DNA of 53,063 nucleotides, taken from positions 1 through 53,063 of the forward strand of contig CAMWVR010000004.1 in assembly GCA_947177795.1 (NCBI GenBank), written 5' to 3'. Shown piece by piece: positions 25,174 to 34,894 of this stretch. Below the pieces are notes generated by a model. It did no database searches and was not told where the DNA came from. It saw only the letters and a program-made list of their open reading frames with translations. How positions within the stretch are numbered: the stretch's first letter is position 1; each line of letters starts with the position of its first letter. The stretch is from an uncultured Clostridia bacterium (lineage in GTDB: Bacteria > Bacillota > Clostridia > Christensenellales > UBA3700). The position numbers and the translations under genes were made by a program.

Positions 25174-26436
25174 TTATTGAATTTTGTCTACGCCCACGTA
25201 TTTTCTCAATACTTCGGGTATAACGATACTTCCGTCGGCTTGTTGGAAGTTCTCGAGGATTGCGGCGGTGGTTCTGCCCACGGCAAGTCCGCTGCCGTTG
25301 AGAGTGTGGACGAGCTTGACCTTGCCGTCTTTGTCTCTGTATCTTATGCTTGCGCGTCTTGCCTGGAAGTCTTCGTAGTCCGAGCATGACGAGATCTCAA
25401 CGTATCTGTTGTAAGACGGCATCCACACCTCGATGTCGTAAGTCTTCGCCGAGCCAAATCCTAAATCGCCCGTGCACAGGCAAACTACTCTATAAGGTAT
25501 GCCGAGAAGTTGCAAAATCTTTTCGGCAGAGTTGGTCAAATGCTCGAGTTCTGCATAACTCGTCTCGGGAGTGGTAAACTTGACGAGCTCGACTTTGTTG
25601 AATTGGTGCTGACGGATAAGACCTCTTGTGTCTCTGCCTGCGCTGCCCGCTTCGCCTCTGAAGCATGCGGTGTATGCGCAATATTTGATAGGCAAAGCGT
25701 CGTAGGGGAGTATCTCGTCTCTGTGGAGATTGGTCACGGGCACTTCCGCCGTCGGGACGAGATAGAAGTCCTGTCCTTCGTTGTTGACGTAATACATATC
25801 TTCTGCAAACTTGGGAAGTTGTCCCGTGCCTATCATAGCGTTTTTGTTGACCATAAAAGGCGGGAATACTTCGGTATATCCGTTTGCGGTATGCGTATCG
25901 AGCATAAAGTTGTAGATTGCTCTCTCGAGTCTTGCGCCGAGACCTTTGTATACGGTAAATCTTGCGCCCGATATCTTGCTTGCTCTCGGCCAATCGCACA
26001 GATCTTTTTCTTCGGCGATGTCCCAATGCGCCTTGGGCTCAAAGTCAAACTTGGTAGGCTCGCCCCATCTTCTCACTTCGACGTTGTCGTCGCTGTCGCT
26101 GCCGATAGGCACTTCTTTGTTGGGCAAGTTGGGGATAGTCAGCATGATTTCGCTTATCTTGCTTTCTACCTCGTTGAGCCTTGAGTCGATTGCCTTTATA
26201 TCTTCGCCGAGTTCTTTCATTTCGGCGATCTTCGCAGCCTTCTCGTCGCCCTTGAGAGAGGGGATGAGTTTGGATACCGCATTCTTGGTCGCTTTCTTGG
26301 TTTCGCCGTCTTGAATGAGGGCTTTTCTTTCGCTTGCAAGTTCTCCGAGACCTTCAAGGTCAAACTTGCCGTTTCTGTGAGCTAATCTTTGTTTCACTTC
26401 TTCAATGTTTTCACATACAAACTTTAGATCTAACAT
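25174..26436 (-). CDS. serS: Serine--tRNA ligase
   Basis: MLDLKFV.. N-terminal coiled-coil arm and class II core ([30 protein letters not shown]). GGAGGA RBS before the ATG at 26436. The track start at 26472 adds 12 unsupported residues. Confidence 0.95.
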   Translation of the reverse strand: MLDLKFVCENIEEVKQRLAHRNGKFDLEGLGELASERKALIQDGETKKATKNAVSKLIPSLKGDEKAAKIAEMKELGEDIKAIDSRLNEVESKISEIMLTIPNLPNKEVPIGSDSDDNVEVRRWGEPTKFDFEPKAHWDIAEEKDLCDWPRASKISGARFTVYKGLGARLERAIYNFMLDTHTANGYTEVFPPFMVNKNAMIGTGQLPKFAEDMYYVNNEGQDFYLVPTAEVPVTNLHRDEILPYDALPIKYCAYTACFRGEAGSAGRDTRGLIRQHQFNKVELVKFTTPETSYAELEHLTNSAEKILQLLGIPYRVVCLCTGDLGFGSAKTYDIEVWMPSYNRYVEISSCSDYEDFQARRASIRYRDKDGKVKLVHTLNGSGLAVGRTTAAILENFQQADGSIVIPEVLRKYVGVDKIQ

Positions 26437-26733
26437 ATGTCCTCCGAAATTCTCATCAAGTTCGTACGACATCTTGCTACTGATTGCGCACTAAGTTCGT
26501 CTACGCATTTCGACGTACATAGAGTACGACGAAATCCCTATCCTCCAAATCACTTACGCAATCTTGTCGTGTCACTTAATTCAAATTTCTATATTATTTT
26601 TTTAATCTAATTAAGTTCGCAAGACGTCTTGCCGTATTCACTTAACTCAAGCCTTTTAATTCTTTTGACTTTCTTAAGGTCATACTTACGTATTACCGTA
26701 GCACTTAATTCGAAAATTATTTTATTTTACTTT
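26437..26733 (-). other. 297-nt leuS-serS intercistronic region with four GAAYTTAAGTG-like direct repeats and two long hairpins
   Basis: Plus-strand cacttaattcg (26702), cacttaactca (26639), cacttaattca (26573), cactaagttcg (26490). Palindrome gcaagacgtcttgc (26619-26632). Hairpin at 26505-26537. Confidence 0.5.
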
Positions 26734-29169
26734 TTATTTGCAGACTATATTGACAAGTCTCTTGGGTATTACGATTACTTTGACGACTTGCATATTGTCT
26801 ATTGCGCTCTTTACTGCGTCGTTTTGCATTGCGATATTTTCTATCGTCTTGTTGTCGGCGTCGCTGGGCACGATTATCTTTGCTTTCATACGGCTGTTGA
26901 CTTGCACTGCAAGTTCGTACTCGTCCTTGACGAGAGCGTTTTCGTCGCACAGCGGGTAAGTCATATCAAATACGGAATACTTGCCGCCCATTTTCTCGTT
27001 GAGTTCTTCGGCAATATGCGGTACGAGGGGGGCGAGCAACAAAATCAAGTCGCTTATGCAAGCCTTGAAGAAGCTTGCGTTTTTCTCTCCGCCGAGGTTG
27101 TCGTATTTGTATAAGTCGTTGACGTATTCCATTATTCTTGCGACAGCCGTGTTGAATGAGAATGCTTTCATATCTTCGCTTACGCGCTTGATGGTGTAGT
27201 TGCGAGTATAATTGAGATCCTTTTCATTTGCGCCCATTTGCTGGTTTTTGTTGTTGCAAGATATAGCTTTGTCGACGATTCTCTCAACTCTTTCGAGGAA
27301 CTTGACGATAGATTCCATACCGTTGGCGCTCCAGGGACCGCCCTCGATATAGCTGAAACCGAACATAAGATACAGTCTGAACGCGTCGGAACCGAATTTG
27401 CTGACGTAGTCGTCGGGAGAGATTATATTGCCTCTCGACTTGGACATCTTAAAGCCGTCGGGACCGAGTATTGTGCCTTGGTGAACGAGCGACTTGAAAG
27501 GCTCGTCGAACGTGAGGTATCCCATATCTCTCAAGGCTTTGGTGAAGAAACGCGCGTACAGCAAGTGCATACAAGCGTGTTCCGCTCCGCCGATATATTT
27601 GTCGACAGGCAACATCTTGTTGATGATTTCAGGATCGAAAGCCATCTTGTCGTTGTGTGCGTCTGGGTATCTCAAATAATACCAACTTGAGCATACGAAG
27701 GTGTCCATCGTGTCGGGATCTCTTGTTGCCTTGCCGCCGCACTTGGGGCAGGTGGTATTCATAAACTCTTCGCAACTTGCAAGAGGGGATTTGCCGTTGG
27801 GTTTAAATTCCACGTTGTAGGGGAGCGATACGGGCAAGTCCTTTTCGGGTACGGCTACTTCGCCGCACTTGTCGCAGTATACTATAGGTATCGGAGCGCC
27901 CCAATATCTTTGGCGAGATATAAGCCAGTCGCGCAATCTGTAATTGGTCTTGAGTTGTCCTTGCTTTTTGCTCTCAAGCCACTTTACGATGGCTACTTTG
28001 CCTTCTTCCGAAGTCATTCCGTCAAACTGCGTATTTGTATTACAAATCACGCCGTATTCGCAATATGGAAGTTCGTCGGCAGAGCCGTCTTTGGACTTGA
28101 TAACTCTGCGTATCTGCAAGCCGAATTTCTTTGCGAAGTCGTAGTCTCTTTCGTCGTGCGCTGCTACGCCCATTACTGCGCCGGTGCCGTAGGAGTAGAG
28201 CACGTAATCGCCTATCCAGATAGGCACTCTTTCGTCGTTGACGGGATTGATGCAGTATGCGCCCGTGAATGCGCCCGTCTTTTCTCTCGTCGTCGACATT
28301 CTGTCGATCTCGGATATCTTTGCGCAATTTTCTTTATATGCTTTTACTTCGGCGAGGTGTTCGGGAGTGGTAATCTTGTCTACGAGCGGATGCTCGGGGG
28401 CAAGTATGACGTAAGATACGCCGAATACCGTGTCGGCTCTCGTAGTGAATACGCTGAAGGTGTCTCCGCTTTCGCACTTAAATTCTATCTCTCCGCCCGT
28501 GGATTTGCCTATCCAATTGCGTTGCATAGCCTTGGTCTTTTCCGGCCAATCTATCGTGTCGAGACCTTGAAGGAGTTCTTCGGCGTACTTGGTTATTTTG
28601 AAAAACCACTGTGTAAGGTTTTTTCTAATTACCGTAGTGCTGCATCTCTCGCAAGCGCCGTCGACGACTTGCTCGTTGGCAAGCACGGTGTTGCACGAAG
28701 GGCACCAATTGACGGGAGCTTCTTTGCGGTAAGCAAGTCCGTTCTTGTAAAGTTGCAAGAATATCCACTGCGTCCATTTATAGTAATCGGGCATACAGGT
28801 CTTTATCTCGTAGTCCCAATCGAAAGACGCGCCCATTGCCTTGAGTTGTCTTTCCATAGTGTCTATGTTTTTGAGAGTGCTGTCTTGCGGGTGAATGCCC
28901 GACTTGATAGCGTAATTTTCAGCAGGCAGTCCAAAGGCGTCAAAACCCATAGGCTGGAATACCTCTTTTCCGTTCATTCTCATAAAGCGAGCATAACTGT
29001 CCGACGGTCCGTAGTTGTACCAATGACCTGCGTGAAGTTTTGCGCCCGAAGGATAGGAGAACATCTCCAATACGTAATATTTATCTTTGATTTTTGACTT
29101 GTCAAAGGAATAGAGTTTTGTATCCGCCCATTTCTTTTGCCACTTTTGTTCGATGCCGATAAAATCCAT
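26734..29169 (-). CDS. leuS: Leucine--tRNA ligase
   Basis: 811 aa. HIGH-type AGHWYNY region and KMSKS (FKMSKSRGN). Confidence 0.95.
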   Translation of the reverse strand: MDFIGIEQKWQKKWADTKLYSFDKSKIKDKYYVLEMFSYPSGAKLHAGHWYNYGPSDSYARFMRMNGKEVFQPMGFDAFGLPAENYAIKSGIHPQDSTLKNIDTMERQLKAMGASFDWDYEIKTCMPDYYKWTQWIFLQLYKNGLAYRKEAPVNWCPSCNTVLANEQVVDGACERCSTTVIRKNLTQWFFKITKYAEELLQGLDTIDWPEKTKAMQRNWIGKSTGGEIEFKCESGDTFSVFTTRADTVFGVSYVILAPEHPLVDKITTPEHLAEVKAYKENCAKISEIDRMSTTREKTGAFTGAYCINPVNDERVPIWIGDYVLYSYGTGAVMGVAAHDERDYDFAKKFGLQIRRVIKSKDGSADELPYCEYGVICNTNTQFDGMTSEEGKVAIVKWLESKKQGQLKTNYRLRDWLISRQRYWGAPIPIVYCDKCGEVAVPEKDLPVSLPYNVEFKPNGKSPLASCEEFMNTTCPKCGGKATRDPDTMDTFVCSSWYYLRYPDAHNDKMAFDPEIINKMLPVDKYIGGAEHACMHLLYARFFTKALRDMGYLTFDEPFKSLVHQGTILGPDGFKMSKSRGNIISPDDYVSKFGSDAFRLYLMFGFSYIEGGPWSANGMESIVKFLERVERIVDKAISCNNKNQQMGANEKDLNYTRNYTIKRVSEDMKAFSFNTAVARIMEYVNDLYKYDNLGGEKNASFFKACISDLILLLAPLVPHIAEELNEKMGGKYSVFDMTYPLCDENALVKDEYELAVQVNSRMKAKIIVPSDADNKTIENIAMQNDAVKSAIDNMQVVKVIVIPKRLVNIVCK

Positions 29170-29202
29170 AGCCTCTCCGAATATTTAAAATTTATTATAT
29201 AT

Positions 29203-29231
29203 ATAATATATCCCCTTAATATATTTGTCAA
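29203..29231 (-). promoter_or_regulatory. leuS promoter
   Basis: The minus strand reads TTGACA (29231-29226), 17 nt, TATTAT (29208-29203). The leader is short. Confidence 0.6.
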
Positions 29232-29365
29232 TGAATTTGCGTCATTTTGGGCGAGGCGGCAGGGCATTTTTATCTACAAAATTTTTAATAAAAGTTATTC
29301 AAAAAGTAGTGTATTTTTTTGAATTGTGCTAAAATTAGTTCAAATGAGAGATTTGGAGACAAAGC

Positions 29366-30241
29366 ATGAAGATCAGCGAATTGTTCAAACAAAAAAAAGT
29401 CGTATATTCCTTTGAGATTTTTCCACCCAAGGTAAACGACGACATAAGCAAGATATATAAGACCTTGGCGGAGCTCAAGGACGTGAGCCCCGATTATATT
29501 TCTATCACTTACAGCGCAGGCGGCAGCAAAAACTCCCGCACCAAAGAGATAGCCCAGATTGTCAAGAACGAGTACGGCATAGAGCCGCTCGCCCACCTCA
29601 CTTGCATCAACTCCACTAAAGAAGAAGTGGCGAATGCTTTGCAAGGACTTGTGGATATCGGCGTGCAAAACGTGCTTGCGTTGCGCGGCGACAAAATAGA
29701 GGGCGAAGTCAAGAGCGACTTCCAATACGCAAGTCAGTTGACGGAATTTATCAAGCAAAACAGTGATATGGACGTCGCAGGCGCATGCTATCCCGAAGGA
29801 CACCCCGAAAGCGCAAATATAGTCGAAGATATACGCAATCTTAAAATCAAGGTCGACAAAGGCGTGTCGCACCTCAATTCGCAACTCTTTTTCGACAACG
29901 ACGATTATCTCAAATATCTTGATATGGTGCGTCTTGCAGGCATAGACGTTCCTATTCAAGCGGGTATTATGCCTCTTGTAAGAGCGTCGCAATTCGGCGG
30001 TATCGTCAAGACTACGGCGGCTAAACTTCCGTCAAAGATATCGCGTATGTACAACAAATTCGCCGACGATCCCGAGGCGCTTATGGAGGCGGGTATCGCG
30101 TACGCCACCGATCAAATCGTCGATTTGCTCTCAAGCGGCGTCGACGGAATACATCTCTATATTATGAACAACGCATACGTCGCAAGAAGAATTACCGAAA
30201 ATATAAAACCCATAATAGACAAACTCAACGGCGTGAAATAA
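29366..30241 (+). CDS. metF: Methylenetetrahydrofolate reductase
   Basis: FEIFPPK, ITYSAGGS and LALRGD motifs. Confidence 0.9.
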   Translation: MKISELFKQKKVVYSFEIFPPKVNDDISKIYKTLAELKDVSPDYISITYSAGGSKNSRTKEIAQIVKNEYGIEPLAHLTCINSTKEEVANALQGLVDIGVQNVLALRGDKIEGEVKSDFQYASQLTEFIKQNSDMDVAGACYPEGHPESANIVEDIRNLKIKVDKGVSHLNSQLFFDNDDYLKYLDMVRLAGIDVPIQAGIMPLVRASQFGGIVKTTAAKLPSKISRMYNKFADDPEALMEAGIAYATDQIVDLLSSGVDGIHLYIMNNAYVARRITENIKPIIDKLNGVK

Positions 30242-30249
30242 GCAATAAT

Positions 30250-30906
30250 ATGAAGATTGAAAAGAGCGAACTTTTGAGATATCTCGGATATAAGGGACAG
30301 CAGTACGGCGAGAATATAGAAAACAATATAGACCTCGCCATATCTATTTGTCTTGAAAAGATTACTCCGAGAAGCGTAATCAAAAAGTACGCGCTTGTCA
30401 AAGAGCCGCTTTCGCTGAAGGGCGCAAATATGACGTTGCAAGGGCAGGATATCGCAAGACATCTTGAAGACTGCAACGAGGCGTATATTCTCGGCGCGAC
30501 GGTGGGATTTGAGATAGAAAAAACCGTCAACAAATTGATGAACGAAAATCCTTTGCTTGGCGTGATAGTCGACAGCGCAAGTATTTGCGCTATAGAGAGC
30601 TATTGCGACGACCTGTGCGAAGAATTGCAAAGACAAAATTCAAAGCAGTTGACTTGGAGATTTTCCTGCGGTTACGGCGACTTTCCGCTTGAGCAGCAAA
30701 AGGATTTCGTCAGAGTACTCGAGATGCAAAAACGCATAGGCGTGTTTATCAACGAAGACAGTTTTATGATGACTCCGCAAAAGTCAGTTACGGCAATTAT
30801 AGGCGTGAAGGAAACCGCAAGAGAGGATATGCAATCGAGAGGGTGCGCAGGTAAGTGCGGGAATTGCGGAAACGTGACTTGCCAATATCGCAAAATTGAA
30901 AATTAG
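30250..30906 (+). CDS. Stand-alone methionine synthase activation (reactivation) domain protein
   Basis: About 218 aa. The LRYLGY start and Cys-rich C-terminus CAGKCGNCGNVTC match the free-standing activation-domain proteins of Clostridia. It sits between metF and the truncated metH. Confidence 0.7.
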   Translation: MKIEKSELLRYLGYKGQQYGENIENNIDLAISICLEKITPRSVIKKYALVKEPLSLKGANMTLQGQDIARHLEDCNEAYILGATVGFEIEKTVNKLMNENPLLGVIVDSASICAIESYCDDLCEELQRQNSKQLTWRFSCGYGDFPLEQQKDFVRVLEMQKRIGVFINEDSFMMTPQKSVTAIIGVKETAREDMQSRGCAGKCGNCGNVTCQYRKIEN

Positions 30907-30917
30907 AAAGCGGATAT

Positions 30918-30986
30918 AGACCCTTCGACTACGCTCAGGGTGACGATAAAATACGGATGAGATATCTCGACTGCGCTCGATATGAC
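30918..30986 (+). repeat. Two hairpin repeat units
   Basis: 30918-30944 agaCCCTtcgactacgctcAGGGtgac. 30960-30986 agaTATCtcgactgcgctcGATAtgac. A degenerate fragment lies at 30997-31017. Confidence 0.85.
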
Positions 30987-31207
30987 AATATACACACTGG
31001 AGCGACCGCAGAGATTAGTTATATTTTTGTCCGTGCGAGGGCGAGATGAAGGCAAAGTCAAAGTTAAGTAAAGACTGCGGAGATTGGTGTGATTTTCGTA
31101 CGTGAGACGGTAACCGAGCGGTGAGCGTACTATATGTACGTGATCCAGAGGGCATCCAGTCTTTAGGACGGAAGGCGCGCCGATATACGCAGTCGAGAAA
31201 GGATAGT

Positions 31208-33580
31208 ATGAAATTCAAAGATAAAATCAAAAACTCAATAGTATTGCTTGACGGCGCTTTGGGTACTCAACTTCAAAAGAGAGGGCTCGAGGGCGGAGCA
31301 ATCCCCGAAAGGCTCAACGTGGAAAATCCGCAGTTGATATATTCCGTCTGCAAAGAATACGTCGACAGCGGCAGTGATATAGTCTACACCAATACTTTTG
31401 GCGCAAACAGAAAAAAACTCAAGGATTCTCAAGAAGTCGAGACATTGATAAAAGCAGGCGTGAAGATAGCCAGAGAGGCGGCGGGTAAGAAACTCGTTGC
31501 GTTGGACATAGGACCGTCGGGCGCTCTTATCGAACCGCTTGGGACTATGACTTTCGACGAGGCGTACGAACTATTTAAAGAACAAGTGATTGCAGGCAAA
31601 GACGGCGCAGACTTGGTGGTTATCGAGACTATGAGCGATCTTTATGAGCTCAAGGCGGCGTTGCTTGCCGTCAAGGAAAACTGCGATTTGCCTGTTATGG
31701 CAAGTATGACCTTTGACGAAAGCGGACGTACTTTCACAGGCTGTAGCGTTGAAGCGTTTGCAATCACCGCAAGCGCATGGGCGGACGCTTTGGGTATCAA
31801 CTGTTCGTTGGGACCTCAGCAACTTTTGCCAATTATGCAAAGACTTGTCGACAATACGGATTTGCCGGTGTTTATTAAGGCAAACGCAGGACTTCCCGAC
31901 AGCGAAATGAATTATTCAGTATCGGCGGAAGAGTTTTCAAGCATATACGGAAAATATATAGATATGGGTGTAGGCATACTCGGCGGTTGTTGCGGTACTA
32001 CTCCCGAGTATATTGCAAAACTTGACGAACTTCGCAGACGCAAAAAGATAGGAAAGCGAAACAGAAAATATAATACGGCTGTGTGCAGCGCAACCAAAGT
32101 CGTCTATATCGACGGCGTAAAGGTGATAGGCGAGAGAATAAATCCCACGGGCAAAAAGGCAATGAAGCAGGCGCTTATCGACAGGGATTTTGATTATATT
32201 GCTACGCAGACGATAGAGCAGGTCGAAGCGGGAGCGGAGATTTTGGACGTCAACGCAGGACTGCCGCAAATAGACGAAAAACAAATGCTTACCGAAATGG
32301 TAAAGTATATCCAAAGCCTAACGGACGCGCCGCTTCAAATCGATTGCGGAAAACCCGAGGCTATCGAGAGCGCTTTGAGATATTACAACGGCAGACCTAT
32401 CGTCAATTCCGTCAACGCAGAAGAGAAATCTTTGACGGCTATTTTGCCCCTCGTCGCAAAGTACGGCGCAAGCGTAGTCGGCTTGACTATCGACGAAAAG
32501 GGAATACCCAAGACGGTGGAAGAGAGAGTTCGCCTCGCCGAAAAGATAATAGAGCGAGCAAAGAGCTATGGCATAAGAGAAGAGGACGTGTATATCGACT
32601 GCCTTACGCTGACCGTCAGCGCAGAACCCGACCAGGCGATGAATACGCTCAAAGCAATAGAGATACTCAAGAGTAAATACAATATCAAGACTGCGCTTGG
32701 CGTGTCGAATATATCTTTCGGTCTGCCTGCAAGACAGATTGTCAACACGGCGTTTTTGACTATGGCAATGCGCGCGGGGCTTGATTTGCCGATACTCAAT
32801 CCTAATATACCCGAGAATATGCAAGCCGTCGACGCTTTTAACGTGCTGACTTGCAAGGATAAAAATTGTATGGCGTATACCGCAAAGTATGCGGATTACG
32901 TGGGTACGCAGATTGTCAAAAAAGATTCCGCAAAGGGCGATAGCGCAGGCGGAGACAAAGATATATTTTATTGCATAGAAAAGGGACTTGACAGAGCGAG
33001 CGCGTTGACGGCAGAACTGCTCAAGACCCACGACGCATTGCAGGTCATTGACGATTACCTCATACCTGCATTGAATAGGGTGGGAGATAATTACGAAAAG
33101 GGCAAGATTTTCCTGCCGCAACTTATCGCGTCGGCAGACTGCGCAAAGGCTTGTTTTGACGTAGTTAAGAAGAGCCTGCCTGTCGGTACTAATACCGAGA
33201 AGGGCAAAATCGTGCTTGCGACAGTTAAAGGCGACGTGCACGATATCGGCAAGAATATCGTCAAGACCGTGCTTGAAAATTACGGATATAAGGTCATCGA
33301 CCTTGGCAAAAACGTGCTGCCTATGACCGTAGTCGACGCAGTGAGAGACAACGATATCAAGTTGTGCGGACTGTCGGCGCTTATGACTACGACTGTGGAG
33401 AATATGCAAGAGACGGTGCGACTTCTCAAAGAGCATTGTCCAAATTGCAAAGTTATGGTCGGCGGAGCCGTGCTGACAGAAGAGTATGCAATGCAGATCG
33501 GAGCGGATAAGTATTGCAAGGACGCCAACGTAAGCGCGAAGTATGCGGGTTGGGTGTTTAGTCAGGCTGAACAGCGGTAA
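31208..33580 (+). CDS. metH: Cobalamin-dependent methionine synthase (Hcy-, pterin- and B12-binding modules; no activation domain)
   Basis: AAAGGA RBS before the ATG at 31208 (MKFKDKIKN..). B12-binding DVHDIGKN (DxHxxG). The track start at 31121 adds 29 unsupported residues. Confidence 0.9.
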   Translation: MKFKDKIKNSIVLLDGALGTQLQKRGLEGGAIPERLNVENPQLIYSVCKEYVDSGSDIVYTNTFGANRKKLKDSQEVETLIKAGVKIAREAAGKKLVALDIGPSGALIEPLGTMTFDEAYELFKEQVIAGKDGADLVVIETMSDLYELKAALLAVKENCDLPVMASMTFDESGRTFTGCSVEAFAITASAWADALGINCSLGPQQLLPIMQRLVDNTDLPVFIKANAGLPDSEMNYSVSAEEFSSIYGKYIDMGVGILGGCCGTTPEYIAKLDELRRRKKIGKRNRKYNTAVCSATKVVYIDGVKVIGERINPTGKKAMKQALIDRDFDYIATQTIEQVEAGAEILDVNAGLPQIDEKQMLTEMVKYIQSLTDAPLQIDCGKPEAIESALRYYNGRPIVNSVNAEEKSLTAILPLVAKYGASVVGLTIDEKGIPKTVEERVRLAEKIIERAKSYGIREEDVYIDCLTLTVSAEPDQAMNTLKAIEILKSKYNIKTALGVSNISFGLPARQIVNTAFLTMAMRAGLDLPILNPNIPENMQAVDAFNVLTCKDKNCMAYTAKYADYVGTQIVKKDSAKGDSAGGDKDIFYCIEKGLDRASALTAELLKTHDALQVIDDYLIPALNRVGDNYEKGKIFLPQLIASADCAKACFDVVKKSLPVGTNTEKGKIVLATVKGDVHDIGKNIVKTVLENYGYKVIDLGKNVLPMTVVDAVRDNDIKLCGLSALMTTTVENMQETVRLLKEHCPNCKVMVGGAVLTEEYAMQIGADKYCKDANVSAKYAGWVFSQAEQR

Positions 33581-33588
33581 AACGGATT

Positions 33589-33903
33589 AGATTTCTCCAT
33601 TTCGTTTCACTTCGCTAAATATGATATTATAAGGATAGAGATTTCTCCACTACGCTCCGCTTCGGTCGAAATGACATATTATATTTGAGCGTCAATGACA
33701 ATATATTTTATGTCACCTCGAGCGCAGTCGAGAGGTCTCAACCGTTTATTAAGTACCGACAAAATGGAGCCTTGCGACATTTTCGTTTGGTCGGTAGGGC
33801 GAAGTCCAACCGTACGTTTAGCAATTACTTTGCTTGCCAAAGTCATTGCGTATTGTTAGGTTGTGACGCACGCCCCGTCACCTCGAGCGTAGTCGAGAGG
33901 TCT
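33589..33903. repeat. Dense repeat cluster filling the metH-nudix intergenic region
   Basis: Hairpin units at 33589-33625 (degenerate), 33639-33675, 33712-33738 (reverse) and 33877-33903 (reverse). Type-B hairpin at 33754-33796. Extra hairpin at 33821-33849. Confidence 0.85.
33754..33796 (+). repeat. Type-B 43-nt hairpin repeat, copy 1
   Basis: taccgacaaaatggagccttgcgacattttcgtttggtcggta. Matches the reverse complement of 42209-42251 at 41 of 43 positions. Confidence 0.85.
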
Positions 33904-33933
33904 CTAACAGATTAGCATATAGGAAAAGTTTAT

Positions 33934-34335
33934 ATGAAAAAAGTATTGCAAGTAGTGGGCGCTATAATAATCAATGACGGCAGAATTTTAGCCGTCAAGC
34001 GTGGCGAAAATAAGAACAAAGCCGTAGCATTTAAGTATGAGTTCCCCGGCGGAAAAATCGAGCAGGGCGAAACGCCCGAGCAAGCGCTCAAAAGAGAACT
34101 CTTCGAAGAGATGAATTACGATATTGATGTGGGCGGGAAGTATATGTCCGTGTCTTATGAATACGACGACGTAATCGTCAATTTGCATACGTATCTTTGC
34201 AAACCTTTATCAGATTGCTATACTCTCAACGAACATATCGACGACAAATGGCTTTTGCCAAAAGACCTTTTTAGCGTGGAGTGGGCGCCGGCAGATTACG
34301 ATATAATATCAGATTTAAGTAAAAGACAATTTTAG
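33934..34335 (+). CDS. NUDIX hydrolase (MutT-like)
   Basis: Nudix box GGKIEQGETPEQALKRELFEEMN. Confidence 0.85.
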   Translation: MKKVLQVVGAIIINDGRILAVKRGENKNKAVAFKYEFPGGKIEQGETPEQALKRELFEEMNYDIDVGGKYMSVSYEYDDVIVNLHTYLCKPLSDCYTLNEHIDDKWLLPKDLFSVEWAPADYDIISDLSKRQF

Positions 34336-34344
34336 TTGATTCGT

Positions 34345-34551
34345 TTAATTAGGTTTCATTATTTCATTGGGATCCAATTCAAGTATTTTGCAGATATTTG
34401 CAAAAACTACTATTGACGGCAGAGTCTTTCCGTTTGCATAGTTGTTAAGGGCTTTTTGAGAGATGCCTATTTGCTTTGCAAGCGTGGGTAAATCATACTG
34501 ACTTTTTTGTATTGCATTTGCTAAACGTTCTTTATATTCTTCTTTTTTCAT
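34345..34551 (-). CDS. XRE-family helix-turn-helix regulator
   Basis: 68 aa. LPTLAKQIGISQKALNNYANGKTLP. GGAGG RBS. Confidence 0.8.
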   Translation of the reverse strand: MKKEEYKERLANAIQKSQYDLPTLAKQIGISQKALNNYANGKTLPSIVVFANICKILELDPNEIMKPN

Positions 34552-34573
34552 AGTGACCTCCGCATTTATTTAT

Positions 34574-34602
34574 ATTATATACGACAATTTGTCGTAATGC
34601 AA
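34574..34602 (-). promoter_or_regulatory. Promoter whose 17-bp spacer is a perfect palindromic operator
   Basis: The minus strand reads TTGCAT (34602-34597), the spacer TACGACAAATTGTCGTA (34596-34580, an 8-1-8 palindrome), then TATAAT (34579-34574). An extra half-site tacgacaa lies at 34609-34616. Confidence 0.65.
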
Positions 34603-34635
34603 GTTTTTTACGACAAAATACAATATAATGTCAAT

Positions 34636-34839
34636 ATGAGTATAGGTAAGAGAATAAAAGACTTAAGATTAGAGCGTAATTTGTCCCAAACAGAATTTGC
34701 TGTTAAGATTGGTACTACGCAAGATAGCATATCACTTTGGGAAAATGACAAAAGATTGCCTGATACTACTTATATTATGAATATATGTAGAGAATTTAAT
34801 GTGTCTGCTGATTATTTATTAGGAACAGCGGAGAATTGA
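34636..34839 (+). CDS. XRE-family helix-turn-helix regulator
   Basis: MSIGKRIKDLRLERNLSQTEFA... TATAAT (34624-34629) ends 6 nt before the ATG, so the mRNA may be leaderless. The track start at 34597 is unsupported. Confidence 0.75.
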   Translation: MSIGKRIKDLRLERNLSQTEFAVKIGTTQDSISLWENDKRLPDTTYIMNICREFNVSADYLLGTAEN

Positions 34840-34863
34840 ATATTATAATATTTTTAAACATAC

Positions 34864-34894
34864 AAGATAACATATAAGATAACGTGTAAGATAC
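34864..34894 (+). promoter_or_regulatory. Three direct repeats (AAGATAAC, AAGATAAC, AAGATAC) at exact 12-nt spacing, abutting the Fic promoter -35
   Basis: Repeats start at 34864, 34876 and 34888. Confidence 0.6.

Noticed and set aside
25174-26472. The ORF track gives N-terminal extensions for serS (to 26472), metH (from 31121), the XRE gene (from 34597) and the small ORF (from 23645).
   Set aside because: Internal ATGs with good Shine-Dalgarno sequences, or -10 boxes, match the canonical protein N-termini. The extensions lack family similarity.
26437-26733. T-box riboswitches were expected upstream of serS, leuS and alaS.
   Set aside because: By eye I found no GGTGGTACCGCG-like T-box sequence and no terminator/antiterminator pair. 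The leuS and alaS leaders are only about 25-30 nt after good promoters. An Infernal scan would still be the decisive test.
29366-33580. The separate activation-domain gene plus a shortened metH could be a novelty or a pseudogene split.
   Set aside because: A free-standing activation-domain protein encoded next to a three-module MetH is a known arrangement in Clostridia and Thermotogae. Both ORFs are intact with their own start signals.
33685-33915. Small ORFs are built from repeat elements: 33685..33915, 44016..44471, 24164..24439, 12647..12835 and the first 53 codons of 41457..42278.
   Set aside because: Their sequence is the translation of the hairpin and type-B repeats (recurring VTSSAVERS, RFLHFGRNDI, YRQNGALRHFR). 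The repeats occur in both orientations and in different frames, so the conserved entity is the nucleotide hairpin, not a peptide.
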